From IMG/VR virus record IMGVR_UViG_3300005289_000052, positions 1 to 64,000 of that record: a DNA stretch of 64,000 nucleotides, one strand, 5' to 3'. Both the position numbers and the translations under genes were made by a program. Below, piece after piece: positions 45,746-56,091 of the stretch; positions within the stretch are counted from its first letter, which is position 1; the number at the start of each line of letters is the position of its first letter. The notes beneath the pieces were generated by a model. That model did no database searches. It was not told where the DNA came from and saw only the letters and a program-made list of their open reading frames with translations.

Positions 45746-46148
45746 CTGAACTTCCGAGGAGCATCTTGACGAATTCCCATCCAGCCGAGAATACGCCACT
45801 AAGCGTCTCTTTATCCCAGGTCCCGAGTTCGGTATCCCAAGAAGTGATTACACCAATCACCACCATGGCCAACCCACTCACGACACCAACTGTTTTGAGT
45901 ACGTTCCCCCCACGGGATGAGCTTGATTCAACCCCTTCTAAGTTACCGATGTCCATGGTCAGGATAGCGATTTGGACAGCGTCTTCCATCGCTACGATCT
46001 TCTCCATAACCCCTGAACCTGTATCGGTCAAAGCGACTTGTTTATCCTGAGGCAAGTGGAAGTTGCAGATCTGTGCAACCATACTGCCCCATGAATAGGT
46101 TCCAAGGGTTTGATTCCCGATGGTCCCCAGAGCACCTCCGATGTTCAT
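45738..46148 (-). CDS. Holin candidate (membrane protein)
   Basis: Start MNIGG; C-terminal hydrophobic helices; directly after the spanin pair. Confidence 0.45.
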   Translation of the reverse strand: MNIGGALGTIGNQTLGTYSWGSMVAQICNFHLPQDKQVALTDTGSGVMEKIVAMEDAVQIAILTMDIGNLEGVESSSSRGGNVLKTVGVVSGLAMVVIGVITSWDTELGTWDKETLSGVFSAGWEFVKMLLGSSGA

Positions 46149-46504
46149 TTCGCTTTCCCCTTTTCTGCGATGCGTGCTTGCGTGTCGGCAATCCACTGAT
46201 TCAGATCGATAGTACGGATGTTACACGAACTGACGTTAGACGTCTGGCGCATGTAAAGTAGCCCTAGTACTTTCAACCGTTCTTCTACCGATAGCTTCAA
46301 GAACGCTTCCTTTGAAGGAGGCGGCTCGACTGAACTTAAAACCAACAGCTCACTTGGAGGAATCAGAAGCCTCTCTCTTTCCTCGTACACCGTTGTTGTA
46401 AGACTCCCACATGCCGTCAACGACAGCAGCGGAAACCCGATCAATAACAGCGGATGAACCACGGCTTTCAACAGGCGCTTCTTGAAGCAAAGTGGTAACT
46501 TCAT
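46145..46504 (-). CDS. Rz1: Outer-membrane spanin (lipoprotein)
   Basis: Basic N-terminus, hydrophobic stretch, lipobox LTAC, Pro-rich IPPS..PPP; overlaps the 3' end of the i-spanin. Confidence 0.7.
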   Translation of the reverse strand: MKLPLCFKKRLLKAVVHPLLLIGFPLLSLTACGSLTTTVYEERERLLIPPSELLVLSSVEPPPSKEAFLKLSVEERLKVLGLLYMRQTSNVSSCNIRTIDLNQWIADTQARIAEKGKAK

Positions 46505-46784
46505 GTTGCACCTTTTCTATTGCGACCGCTTGTTTAACGGCTAGCTCTCCCTGTGCCTTACCGTGTCCACTTGCGGTGTTGGTATCGATCTTGGTCTGTT
46601 CCCTCAAACCATCGATCTCGCCCGACAATCGCTCCCGAGTTTGCTTTAGTTCCTTGACCTCTTTACGGGCCTCGGTTAGGTTCTTTTCGGTCTGTGTATG
46701 TTTCCAATACAGACCACCCAAAACTATTACAACCAAGAGTCCTTGAAGGACATACTTCTTGAGAAACTCACCAATGATCAACAT
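46350..46784 (-). CDS. Rz: Inner-membrane spanin
   Basis: Single N-terminal TM, then coiled coil; overlapping lipoprotein gene. Confidence 0.7.
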   Translation of the reverse strand: MLIIGEFLKKYVLQGLLVVIVLGGLYWKHTQTEKNLTEARKEVKELKQTRERLSGEIDGLREQTKIDTNTASGHGKAQGELAVKQAVAIEKVQHEVTTLLQEAPVESRGSSAVIDRVSAAVVDGMWESYNNGVRGKREASDSSK

Positions 46785-47374
46785 ATCACACCACCTCTGC
46801 GCAACCAATCGATTAGCGACAGAATCTTGTAGTACCCTACCGCAATAGCGTCAGTGGAGTGTTCGTCCAGATCTTCGATTCTCTTCCCTGATTCGTTACG
46901 GTAGTTAGGCAACCGCAAGATCCCTTGCTGTACCTCTACTTTATTCTTGCTTTTACCAGGTACCCCGACCGCAATCTTGGCAGAGGGAGGGTCAACTGTA
47001 TCGAGGCGCATGTTGATGTCGTAGTTCAGCAGTGCTCGACGAATGAACACTTTGCACTCGACTAATGCCTCGAAGGCTTGAGGGAATCGCCCTAAGAAAG
47101 GGGATTCGCAGATCACGCCGTGGGGACACCAAAAACGGAGCCAGTTAATCAGCTCTATTTCGTGGGAATGAAGCTTTGCCCAGCGAGGACCGTGAGTGTC
47201 GATGACGTCAGGGTACTGTCGACTGTTCCTTTCCCCACGCAGGGTGTTTGCATCTCGCAAGATGACCTCCCCTGTGAAGAGGTCAAGGTCTTGTACCGCA
47301 GTACCCAAGGTATCAGTCCCTGGGTCGATCGAGTTGACACGAAAGTATCGACTCTGCTCTGGGATAAACAACAT
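46778..47374 (-). CDS. ruvC: RuvC-like Holliday junction resolvase
   Basis: SIDPGT..LG, VICESPF, P.SAKIAVG, EHSTDAIAV catalytic pattern. Confidence 0.88.
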   Translation of the reverse strand: MLFIPEQSRYFRVNSIDPGTDTLGTAVQDLDLFTGEVILRDANTLRGERNSRQYPDVIDTHGPRWAKLHSHEIELINWLRFWCPHGVICESPFLGRFPQAFEALVECKVFIRRALLNYDINMRLDTVDPPSAKIAVGVPGKSKNKVEVQQGILRLPNYRNESGKRIEDLDEHSTDAIAVGYYKILSLIDWLRRGGVIC

Positions 47375-47379
47375 AACCG

Positions 47380-48246
47380 TTAACCGTTGTTGGCACTCAC
47401 GTAGTTGGAGTCAGACAACAGAGGTTCGGTAGCACCCAGTTCGATGTCCTGAGTGAAGCCCTTGTTGGTGAACGCCACGGAGTGGTGGGTGGTAATGAAG
47501 CTGGCAATCTGTGCGCAAATCACTTCCTTCATGTTGAAGGTGGTGTTGCCCGGACCTTGAACCTGTGCGTTTCTATCTACACCAGATACCATGCCGATTT
47601 CAGAAATTACAGCGTAGGCTTCGTTGTCGTAAAGAATACGGCAAGCGTTGATCAGTTCCATCACGTCTTCGGCAGTGAACACGAGAGTGAGGATCTGAGA
47701 GGTCGACAGGTAGTCGCCGGAGGTGGTGATCACACCGGTGTTCGACATGGCTGGCGGCTGAGGGTTCAGGTTGGCCAGAGTCGGTACGTAGTCTTCGGTT
47801 TCTTTCTGAGAACCGTTGACGATGGTGTGGGTAATCGCTGGCGCAGTGTTGGCCATCGAGATACGCTTGAGGTAGTACGCGAAGTAGTTCACGCCACCAA
47901 TGTTGACCAGCTTACGCAGACCGTAACGCTGACGGGCCACAGGGTCAAGGTCGTTGTCGACACGACGCAGGACGAAAGGCAGTTGACGATACAACGCAGC
48001 GTCCCAAGCACGGTGAGGAATCGGACTGGTGTATTGAGCACCATCAGCACCTACCATGTTCTTGTGGCCACCGTTACCGATACAGTAGTACTGCATCGCA
48101 GGGCGTTCAGCGTCACCGAGTTTCTCGTCAACGAGAATACCGTGCTTCTCGTTCAGGGTGCTGTGTTCCAGAATGGTTGGTTTCTGGCCCAGCAGCAAAG
48201 AGGTTTGCAGCGATGAACCCCAGATGCTCCGGGTGATAGTCTTCAT
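47380..48246 (-). CDS. Virion baseplate protein, phiKZ gp139-like
   Basis: Start MKTIT; TLNEK.GI, YYCIGNGGH, LPFVLR, YYLKRI; synteny. Confidence 0.7.
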   Translation of the reverse strand: MKTITRSIWGSSLQTSLLLGQKPTILEHSTLNEKHGILVDEKLGDAERPAMQYYCIGNGGHKNMVGADGAQYTSPIPHRAWDAALYRQLPFVLRRVDNDLDPVARQRYGLRKLVNIGGVNYFAYYLKRISMANTAPAITHTIVNGSQKETEDYVPTLANLNPQPPAMSNTGVITTSGDYLSTSQILTLVFTAEDVMELINACRILYDNEAYAVISEIGMVSGVDRNAQVQGPGNTTFNMKEVICAQIASFITTHHSVAFTNKGFTQDIELGATEPLLSDSNYVSANNG

Positions 48247-48308
48247 AGATGAGTTCCTGTGGATAGTTGCTAGGCCAAGCGTACGTAAGCCAATACACAA
48301 TATACGGC

Positions 48309-48334
48309 GGCATAGCGGGCTCCCGAAGGAGCCC
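48309..48334 (-). terminator. Hairpin with TATGCC on the minus strand
   Basis: GGGCTCC-CGAA-GGAGCCC preceded by GGCATAG on +. Confidence 0.6.
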
Positions 48335-48341
48335 CTACACT

Positions 48342-48914
48342 TTAGGCATCCATCAGGGTGACATTACCCACGTTGCGAGTTGCAGCGAGGTAATCCAACT
48401 GACCACCATTCGGGTCCACAATCTTGATGAAGAAGCTACCGCCACCATTCGCTTTCGGTAAGAACCGAGGTGAGTTGTTGGCGATCTTCAACTCCAATAC
48501 GCCCGCTACAGTCATGGCTTCGTTGAACGCCGTGGCGTCCGTAACAGCCCCAGCAGTAGTTGGGTGCAGCACGTCTTGCGCTTCGATGACCAACCCGTAT
48601 TGGTTCTTGAGGTAGGTAGCCATGGTAGCGAAGGTGAATGGGTAAGCAGTCGTGAATGGGAACTCCACGTAACCTGCCAACAGGGTAGTCACGTTAGCCC
48701 GTTTCCACGTCACTGGAACTGTACCTTTATAACGACCCGGTACACCGCTGGTTGCAGTTACGCGAGCAGTCATGGTGCAAGTAACAGATTGTGCGTTACC
48801 GACGTAAGCCAAGTCCAGGTGAGCAACATCCAGATAGTGGTCGTTGTAATCCTGGAACAGTTTCACCAGCACGTCACTGCCAGTGCTCTTCAAAACTTCA
48901 CTGAGTTCTAACAC
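48342..48914 (-). CDS. Short virion protein, similar to the N-terminal domain of the phiKZ gp131 family
   Basis: GTG start with GGAG RBS; position after the gp130-like gene. Confidence 0.55.
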   Translation of the reverse strand: MLELSEVLKSTGSDVLVKLFQDYNDHYLDVAHLDLAYVGNAQSVTCTMTARVTATSGVPGRYKGTVPVTWKRANVTTLLAGYVEFPFTTAYPFTFATMATYLKNQYGLVIEAQDVLHPTTAGAVTDATAFNEAMTVAGVLELKIANNSPRFLPKANGGGSFFIKIVDPNGGQLDYLAATRNVGNVTLMDA

Positions 48915-48925
48915 CGCAGTGCTCC

Positions 48926-50188
48926 TTAAGTCAGTTTGCTCAGGTTGTAGTGGATCATCAAACTACCCCTGAGGTTGGTGCAATATTGATCGTTGAGTTC
49001 AATCACGGCGATGTAGCCCATGAACACGTTGTAAGCCTGGTCGTACTTACGGTTGAACCCGTTGAAGATCACCTTAGCTCCGTAGAGGTTGTTCTTCGAC
49101 GCACGGTTCACACACTTCCAACGGTTCTCGCCAGTTGCAGCCTCGTTGTTGAGGATGTAGTTGACGAAGTCTACGTCGGTGTTGTTGATGGTGAATTCGT
49201 AGTCGGTTGGGAACGCAGTAATCTTCGCTGGGTAGTTGTGACCATGGTACTGACCATTGTTCAACAACTCTGGAGGAGACTTGAACGTGATCGGGAACTC
49301 AGGCAGGATCTCTCCCAAACGAGAGCTGTAGTAGATCACAAGATCGCCAGCCACGTCAGTGCAATAGTGAGAAGACAGCTCAATAATCAGAGCTTTGGTT
49401 GCCGCACTGTTGTACGGAGACAGACCAATGTTCTCCACTCGACCATTGTACTTCACAGTCGCACCGAACAGGTTACGAGGTCCTGGGGTGTTCTGAGACT
49501 TCCACGTGGTCTGTACACCGATCGGTAAGTCACCATAGATGACATCCAGATACGACGCCAGAGTCACTGCATCGGTCACAGGACCTTTACGCAGGTTAAC
49601 CAAATAGCTACCGTAGAACAGACCGTCAGTGAACGGCTTGCGATGGGTAACAAATGGTCGACCTTGGTTCTCTACCACATCCAGTCCACCAAGATCAGAA
49701 ACCTTAGCCAGTGCTTCCAGAGAGTCACGAGGCAACAGGTTAACCATCATTTCACCCACCCAACGTTTAGAGCGAGGCGTGGCTCTGAGTAGATAACCGT
49801 GGGCGTTGGCAACCGTAATGATCTCCTCGTAGAAATCGTCACTGTCAAACACGTACCCGTACTCAGCAGCCAAGATATCAACCAGGGCGCTAGTGGTGGT
49901 GGGTAAGTCCAACGTTAGGTTGATCTTCACACCCTCAAAGAAAGTGCCTAAGTCCAACCGGTTATAGATGAAGATACTCTGACCTTCGAACGGTACGGGA
50001 GCAAACGGATCAAAGCTCTTGCGTACCTTAAGCGTTACTTGAGTCTGGCGTCCTGTTAAAGCAACGATGTCAGCAATCTGAATGATATCCTCACGGAGAG
50101 TCACATTGTTGCGGGCACCAGCAATCTCAAGCAAGGCTTTCGTAGGAGTCAGTTGAAGAAGACCGATCGTGTCAAGCACTGTCCTCAC
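48926..50188 (-). CDS. Virion baseplate/tail protein, phiKZ gp130-like
   Basis: ~420 aa; YNRLDL motif; internal repeat NLFGATVKYNG / NLYGAKVIFNG; synteny. Confidence 0.65.
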   Translation of the reverse strand: MRTVLDTIGLLQLTPTKALLEIAGARNNVTLREDIIQIADIVALTGRQTQVTLKVRKSFDPFAPVPFEGQSIFIYNRLDLGTFFEGVKINLTLDLPTTTSALVDILAAEYGYVFDSDDFYEEIITVANAHGYLLRATPRSKRWVGEMMVNLLPRDSLEALAKVSDLGGLDVVENQGRPFVTHRKPFTDGLFYGSYLVNLRKGPVTDAVTLASYLDVIYGDLPIGVQTTWKSQNTPGPRNLFGATVKYNGRVENIGLSPYNSAATKALIIELSSHYCTDVAGDLVIYYSSRLGEILPEFPITFKSPPELLNNGQYHGHNYPAKITAFPTDYEFTINNTDVDFVNYILNNEAATGENRWKCVNRASKNNLYGAKVIFNGFNRKYDQAYNVFMGYIAVIELNDQYCTNLRGSLMIHYNLSKLT

Positions 50189-50200
50189 TCCTTACAAGCA

Positions 50201-50242
50201 AAAAATAAAAGGGCTTGCACATCCCCGAAAGAATGTGCAAGC
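50201..50242 (-). terminator. Intrinsic terminator
   Basis: GCTTGCACAT/ATGTGCAAGC stem with an A-rich run on +. Confidence 0.75.
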
Positions 50243-50254
50243 ACCCCGTTAAGG

Positions 50255-53134
50255 TCACTCAGATGGTTTCAATACCAAGCCGTCTAACCGGATGAAAGGT
50301 CGAGGAGTCAATACCAAGCCAGGCAGACGGGTAATCACTACCATGTCAGCCAGTTCGTTGGAATACTCAAAGCCTTCTACCTCAGTAGCAATAGCCAGTT
50401 GCTCAGGTTGTTCACCATACTCCAACCCTTCCATCAGTGGGATCAGCGTCAGACGCTCATCTTCAAATGGTGGGTAGTCGAACGCATTGAACTCCAACGC
50501 AGGCAGTTCTTTGTATTCGTCATACTCGAAACCTTCCATTACTGGATTAAGGTTCAGAGGTTTACGTGGAGCAGGGTAGTCAAACCCAGGCATCTCTCCG
50601 ACCAATTGCAGGTCTTCTGGTTCTTCTGCGTAATCCAGACCAGTCAGATCAACTTCCAGCTCACGGACTACCAATGGTGCTGGATAGTCGAAGCCAGTTT
50701 GATCCTTAGTCAGAGCAAGCGGAATACCCAAGTCCTCGTATTGGAAACCATCCAGGTCAGGACGGAAATCAATTGGAGGTGGGGCTACTGGATAATCGAA
50801 ACCATCCAGATGTTGCAGCTCAATCTCTACCTCACGGAACGGCGAGTATTCAAACCCATTCATCGTCATGACAACGATTGGCGGCACTGTAGTCGGACTG
50901 TAATCGAAACCAGCCAGGTTGACCTTGGTCAACACAGTGTCAATGTGTTTGTATTCCCCGATGTTGTGCGGCGGGTTCTCTGGGTACAGATACTCTGGTA
51001 CTGGTGTCTTGTTAATGACGTCATCCAGATCCAGGGCCTTCACCTCAGGAACCGAGAAGTAAACCGTTGGGATCACATAACGAGTGTGGTAACGCGTGTA
51101 AGCATCCGAACCGAAGTTAACGGTTGGATCATAACCATCCCCGTGTCGCTCTTCTGAGCTAGTGGTCATCTCGAACGTGATTGAATCCAAGTCCGTGATG
51201 TCAACGTGTTTCCCTGTACCGCTCATGTCCTGCACGTACACGTTGGCGCTGTGTACGCGCATGGAACCAGCACCATCACCCGCTTGGTCACCCAAACGAA
51301 TAGCAGACCAGTTCAACGCAATCATGTTCGATCCACGCAGCTCTTTGAGGAACTGTACGGAGTAGCTGCTCAGTTGAGAGAGCAGTCGAATCATCGCGGC
51401 CTGGAGTTCTTCCAGGGAGACGGTAACGTGGAGACTAGTGCCAGTGCAAAGTGCTAACAGATTGTTGTACAACAGTTCGAACTCAGCTTGGCCGAAGTTC
51501 GTCACGTCGATTTGATGTTCCTTTAACCATTGGTCGTAGGACATCTTGTCGGCTAAGTTGCACTCCTTCATCATGTACAGGTGGTTAGCAGCAGCTTCCG
51601 CTTGTCCACGTGAGACATGGTGTTCCTGCGTGGTGTACAGCCAGTTATGCTCTCGCCAAGCCGCGTGGATTTCCACACACTTGTTATAGAAAGCATCAAC
51701 CGACATCACCTTATCGAGCACAGGCTGGTCACGCAACATCGCGTTAATCAACCCATCGGACACTCGTTCCTTCTCACAGATGTGTCGAACCTGATCAAAG
51801 GTAGGTAGCACTCGCTTACGAACAAAGAACGCGTCGATGTTCGGTACATAAGGCATCTCCTGTCCTAACGCCCTGTTGAGGGAATAAAGGAAGAGGATAA
51901 ACGCATCCTTAGCATTCATCCACACCTGATCGCCAGTCAACGGGTTGTCGAAGGAGATAATGGTGGAGTAGAGACCTTCTGTGGAGAAGTATAACCAGTG
52001 GTTCAACAATACGTCAGAGAACGTGACAGCGTAGTCGTTACTGCGGTCGACCACGGAGGACTCGAGGACTTTGGTCTTGAGTCGGTTCTTCGGACTGTTC
52101 TTCATCAAGTCCGTAACGTTGCGAACTTCTCGATCGGTTTCATTGTAGTTGCCTGGTGCAATACCAGACTCACGTTCAACGATACCTTGGATAGTCCACG
52201 TGTCTACAGGGTTGCCACTGGACAGTCGAGACAGCTCTTTTCGCTTAACCTCAACAGTCGGGTACAAGTTGCCCGGTTGATCACTTACGTTATGATGTAG
52301 GTTGTACTCTGCTACAGGAAGCATCCTGAGCGTCATCACTTTATTGACCAACCAGTCGAACGTATCCTGCTTACCAGCGTTGCGCTGGATGTACAGAATG
52401 TTCCGGTAGAAGAAGAGCATCTGCTCTTTGGTCATGTGAGTGATGAACTGATCCAACCGTCCATGCGACGCTAAGTACTCGCGGATATGGAAGCTATGAA
52501 CCTGCTCCGTCCGACAGTTCTCTAAGCGGGCGTTCTCGATGATTAGAGGCAATTCAATGTAGAGCAATGCCAAGAAGGCGGCCGGGTAAAGGTCGTCAAC
52601 AATGGCGTACTCAGGAATGTCCCATCGAGTATAACGGGCGTCAATCTTTTCTTGAATCTGGTCGATCAGACCGGTTTCGTTCTCCTCTATTAAGGAGCTG
52701 TCAATCCAGAGGATCTTCCCGTTGGGGGCGTCAATCGCCGTTTGAAGGTCAACTGGGTTGAGGATACCTAAGATCAGATCTTCTTGGTCTGGGTATCGCT
52801 TCACCAATTCGTTGTAGTAGCGAGTCCCGTAGGCGTAAGCTCTCAGGGTATCGCGGTGGATCGCAAGCGTCTCGATGTCGAAGGAAATCTCTTGTCGAGT
52901 CTCCAAGGACACCACAGTCATCTTCGTGTCGGTGGAGTGATAACGCCCAGCTAAATTCAGATAGTACTTCCATGTCGTCGGATCGTCTACGTTGACGTAT
53001 ACCTTCTTCTCGGACAGACCTGTATTTATAGCGTTAGCACTCGCTTCACTCTTGATGACAATCGTTTTCGCCATCGTGAGGATGGAGTCCACGTAAAGTC
53101 TGTAGTAAGCGTTGGACACGTCACGGTCCTCCAA
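50255..53134 (-). CDS. Baseplate wedge protein, phiKZ gp128-like, with a repeat-rich C-terminal extension
   Basis: WKYYLNLAG.YH, HSFHIREYLASH, YRNI.YI.RNAG..TF..L; divergent from portal. Confidence 0.78.
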   Translation of the reverse strand: MEDRDVSNAYYRLYVDSILTMAKTIVIKSEASANAINTGLSEKKVYVNVDDPTTWKYYLNLAGRYHSTDTKMTVVSLETRQEISFDIETLAIHRDTLRAYAYGTRYYNELVKRYPDQEDLILGILNPVDLQTAIDAPNGKILWIDSSLIEENETGLIDQIQEKIDARYTRWDIPEYAIVDDLYPAAFLALLYIELPLIIENARLENCRTEQVHSFHIREYLASHGRLDQFITHMTKEQMLFFYRNILYIQRNAGKQDTFDWLVNKVMTLRMLPVAEYNLHHNVSDQPGNLYPTVEVKRKELSRLSSGNPVDTWTIQGIVERESGIAPGNYNETDREVRNVTDLMKNSPKNRLKTKVLESSVVDRSNDYAVTFSDVLLNHWLYFSTEGLYSTIISFDNPLTGDQVWMNAKDAFILFLYSLNRALGQEMPYVPNIDAFFVRKRVLPTFDQVRHICEKERVSDGLINAMLRDQPVLDKVMSVDAFYNKCVEIHAAWREHNWLYTTQEHHVSRGQAEAAANHLYMMKECNLADKMSYDQWLKEHQIDVTNFGQAEFELLYNNLLALCTGTSLHVTVSLEELQAAMIRLLSQLSSYSVQFLKELRGSNMIALNWSAIRLGDQAGDGAGSMRVHSANVYVQDMSGTGKHVDITDLDSITFEMTTSSEERHGDGYDPTVNFGSDAYTRYHTRYVIPTVYFSVPEVKALDLDDVINKTPVPEYLYPENPPHNIGEYKHIDTVLTKVNLAGFDYSPTTVPPIVVMTMNGFEYSPFREVEIELQHLDGFDYPVAPPPIDFRPDLDGFQYEDLGIPLALTKDQTGFDYPAPLVVRELEVDLTGLDYAEEPEDLQLVGEMPGFDYPAPRKPLNLNPVMEGFEYDEYKELPALEFNAFDYPPFEDERLTLIPLMEGLEYGEQPEQLAIATEVEGFEYSNELADMVVITRLPGLVLTPRPFIRLDGLVLKPSE
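50258..50925 (-). repeat. ~17-aa repeats with core (L/M)xGF(D/E)Y
   Basis: About 11 GF/GL-(D/E/Q)-Y units plus two degenerate GLVL units. Confidence 0.8.
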
Positions 53135-53169
53135 TCAACTTTCTTAAATTGTCACTGGGAGCGGTATGT

Positions 53170-56043
53170 ATGGGCCCTAACTATGACGCCAACCAGATGC
53201 AGATGCTGGGGCTGGACAGTCAAAAACGGCGTTTCGAAAAACTCGGGTTGTTCAAGAAACGTCCGTTGGCAACCGCTGTCGTAAGTAAGCTGGTGCGGTC
53301 CGGTACTGATGTACTGGACATCAACACCGGTCAGAACAATCGTGGCGGTGCAGACATGCCCACGTCGAGTTACCTGAACAAGGTCTCGGACACTACCGCT
53401 GGAAACGTCACTGATGCTGCCAACCTGTACCAGATGTTGCCGGATACAGAACTGGCCGAGCAGATCCTGGTTAGTAGTATCCTGTCTCCGAAAGACATGG
53501 TTACCACGGAACTGAACTACCTCTGCAATGAATCCTCTTTGAAAGGGGAAATCACAGGGGTCTTGCTGTCAGTGGTCGAAGAGTTTTTCACCAAAGTCTA
53601 TAAAATAGATCCCCAACTGAAGACGATTCTCTCGGACGTTCTGTTCAAGAAAGGGTCGTACCCAGTCCTGATCATTCCTGAGTCCTCAGTTGATGAAATC
53701 ATCAACGGCGACAAACCGGGAACTGGTCTGGAATCCCTCAGCGGGAAAGGCTCGGATCTGTTCAACTACAGTATTGGTATCCTGGGTGACTCCAGCTTCG
53801 AGAACGGCAAGAAGGTTCCTCGTGCTCGTCAAAGTCTTTCTATGGAAGACATGAACCAGTACTACACGCAGAATTTCAGGATGCTGCGTCCCCGCCTTAA
53901 GAAAGGTAGCTTCGATACCAAGATCACGGTCTCGGACAACCCTGACGTTCTCAAGGCACCGTTTGCTCACGAACTGCAACGTCGCCAACATCTGGCTAAC
54001 ACGTTCCGTAGTCGTGGCTTCGGTATGGAATCGCAGAACGAAGTTTCACGTGACGATATCCAGATGTCGTTCTACCGCCCACGGACCAACCCAATGCGTC
54101 CTGTGGTAGCGATGAAGACCAAGGACCAGCTTAAGCGTGCTACGGTGGGTCACCCACTGGTCATGCGTCTGCCCTCGGAGTCGATCATTCCGGTACACGT
54201 TCCTGGTTCGCCAGAAGAACACATCGGCTACTTCGTAATCCTCGACCAGACTGGTAACCCAGTCGTGAAGGCCAACCGTTCAGAGTACTACAACGACCTG
54301 AACATGAACATGACGATTAACAAGGACATGGCGTCCCAGTTGATCTCACAAGGCCAACGTACAGTCGAAGGGTATCAACAACGTTCTGACGTGGACACCG
54401 AGGAAGCGACTCGGATCTACGCACAGCTCGTAGAAGAAGACCTGATCGCTCGTCTGCGTAACGGTATCTACGCTGACAACATCGAGATCTCACGTCCTCT
54501 GGAAGTGTATCGCATCATGCTGGCGCGTACCTTTGCCAACATGTCCACTCAGTTGCTGTTCGTACCGGCTGAATTGGTAACTTACTTTGCCTTCGACTAC
54601 AACCGTTGGGGCGTAGGTAAGTCGCTGCTGGAAGACAACAAAATCCTGGCTTCCCTGCGAGTCATGATGATGCTGTCTAACACCATGGCTGCCGTGAAGA
54701 ACTCTGTTCCTCACACCGGTCTGAACATTACCCTGGACCCGACTGACCCTGATCCGTCTGGTACTGTGGAGAAACTGGTTCACAACTACACGCAGACACG
54801 TCAAGCTTCGTACCCGTTGGGTGCGTCGAGTCCTGTGGACATCGTGAACTTCCTCCAGAACGCAGGCGTTGACCTTCATGTAACTGGTTCTCCGGCTTAC
54901 CCGGAAACCCGCATGGAAGTTGAAGACCGTCAACGTTCGGTAGCCAAGCCAGACACTGACCTCGAAGACAACCTCAAGAAGCAATTCTTGATGTCGCTGG
55001 GTCTGTCGCCTGAAACGGTGGACAATGGTTACAACGTTGAGTTCGCAGCTTCGATCGTGACCTCTAACCTGTTGCTGACCAAACGAGTGATGCTCTACCA
55101 AGATCTCTTCACTGAGCTGTTGGGTGAGTTCATTCGCAAGTACGTGTTCAACTCCGGTAACCTGCTCGACAAATTGCGCAAGGCTATTGAAGCCAACCGT
55201 AAACTGATCGAAGTAGACGACGGGGAAGAAGCACCAGAGACCGAAGCGATCCTGATGGAATTCGTTAACTCGATCGCGGTGTCCTTGCCACGTCCTGACT
55301 CGATCACTATCGAACGTCAGATGGAAGCCTACGACAAGTACGTAGAAGCACTCGAGAAGTGCCTCGACGCTTACTTCTCCAGCGACTTCCTGGACGGTAC
55401 TGCGATGGGTGAACAGCAGGAGTCTGTGGATGTTGTGAAAGCAGCTATCCTTGCGCACTTCAAGCGTAAGTGGATGCGTGAGAACAACATGCTCCCAGAG
55501 CTGGCAGACTTGGCCACGTTCACCGAAGACGAACACCCGATGATTGATCTGCTCACTGAGCACACTCAACACATCGACGCTATTGGCGCCAGTATCCAAG
55601 GGTACATGGTCAAAGTAGCAGAAGCCCAAGACGCTCGCAACAAACTCACCGAAGCAGTAGAAGCCGACAAACACATTGAAGTAGGTGGCGGTGGTGGTGG
55701 TGATTACAGCTCAGACGACTCCAGTGGAGACGACGACATGGGCGGCGATGATGATGGGATGGGTGACGACGAGTTCGGCGGGGACGAGTTCGACATGGAT
55801 GGTGACTCAGGTGGCGATGACACCGGAGACGATACCTCTGATGACGAGTCTCTCGAAGTAGATGACGCGGATGCTGCTGACGCTGCTGATGCAGGCGGTG
55901 ACGGTAGTAACGATAATGGTGGGGATACCGATGAGGATATCGGTGAAGAGGGTTCGCCTGACACTAGTGGTAGCACTGGTACTCTGGCAGAATTCTTAGA
56001 GTCCACTAAGCGTAATCGTCGCGACAACGAAAACCCGGCATAA
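53170..56043 (+). CDS. Portal protein (phiKZ gp129-like) with an acidic C-terminal tail
   Basis: QMLPD.ELA.QILVSSILSP, KLP.ES.IPVH.P, YFAFDY, GKSLLE; ~957 aa; GGAG RBS. Confidence 0.8.
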   Translation: MGPNYDANQMQMLGLDSQKRRFEKLGLFKKRPLATAVVSKLVRSGTDVLDINTGQNNRGGADMPTSSYLNKVSDTTAGNVTDAANLYQMLPDTELAEQILVSSILSPKDMVTTELNYLCNESSLKGEITGVLLSVVEEFFTKVYKIDPQLKTILSDVLFKKGSYPVLIIPESSVDEIINGDKPGTGLESLSGKGSDLFNYSIGILGDSSFENGKKVPRARQSLSMEDMNQYYTQNFRMLRPRLKKGSFDTKITVSDNPDVLKAPFAHELQRRQHLANTFRSRGFGMESQNEVSRDDIQMSFYRPRTNPMRPVVAMKTKDQLKRATVGHPLVMRLPSESIIPVHVPGSPEEHIGYFVILDQTGNPVVKANRSEYYNDLNMNMTINKDMASQLISQGQRTVEGYQQRSDVDTEEATRIYAQLVEEDLIARLRNGIYADNIEISRPLEVYRIMLARTFANMSTQLLFVPAELVTYFAFDYNRWGVGKSLLEDNKILASLRVMMMLSNTMAAVKNSVPHTGLNITLDPTDPDPSGTVEKLVHNYTQTRQASYPLGASSPVDIVNFLQNAGVDLHVTGSPAYPETRMEVEDRQRSVAKPDTDLEDNLKKQFLMSLGLSPETVDNGYNVEFAASIVTSNLLLTKRVMLYQDLFTELLGEFIRKYVFNSGNLLDKLRKAIEANRKLIEVDDGEEAPETEAILMEFVNSIAVSLPRPDSITIERQMEAYDKYVEALEKCLDAYFSSDFLDGTAMGEQQESVDVVKAAILAHFKRKWMRENNMLPELADLATFTEDEHPMIDLLTEHTQHIDAIGASIQGYMVKVAEAQDARNKLTEAVEADKHIEVGGGGGGDYSSDDSSGDDDMGGDDDGMGDDEFGGDEFDMDGDSGGDDTGDDTSDDESLEVDDADAADAADAGGDGSNDNGGDTDEDIGEEGSPDTSGSTGTLAEFLESTKRNRRDNENPA

Positions 56044-56091
56044 AAAAGCCAAAAAAAAGAGCCGGGGGAAACCCTGGCTCTTTATGCCGTC
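56036..56091. terminator. Bidirectional terminator with CGGCATAA / TTATGCCGTC flanks
   Basis: AAAGAGCCGGG/CCTGGCTCTTT stem, A-runs, motif on both sides. Confidence 0.85.
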
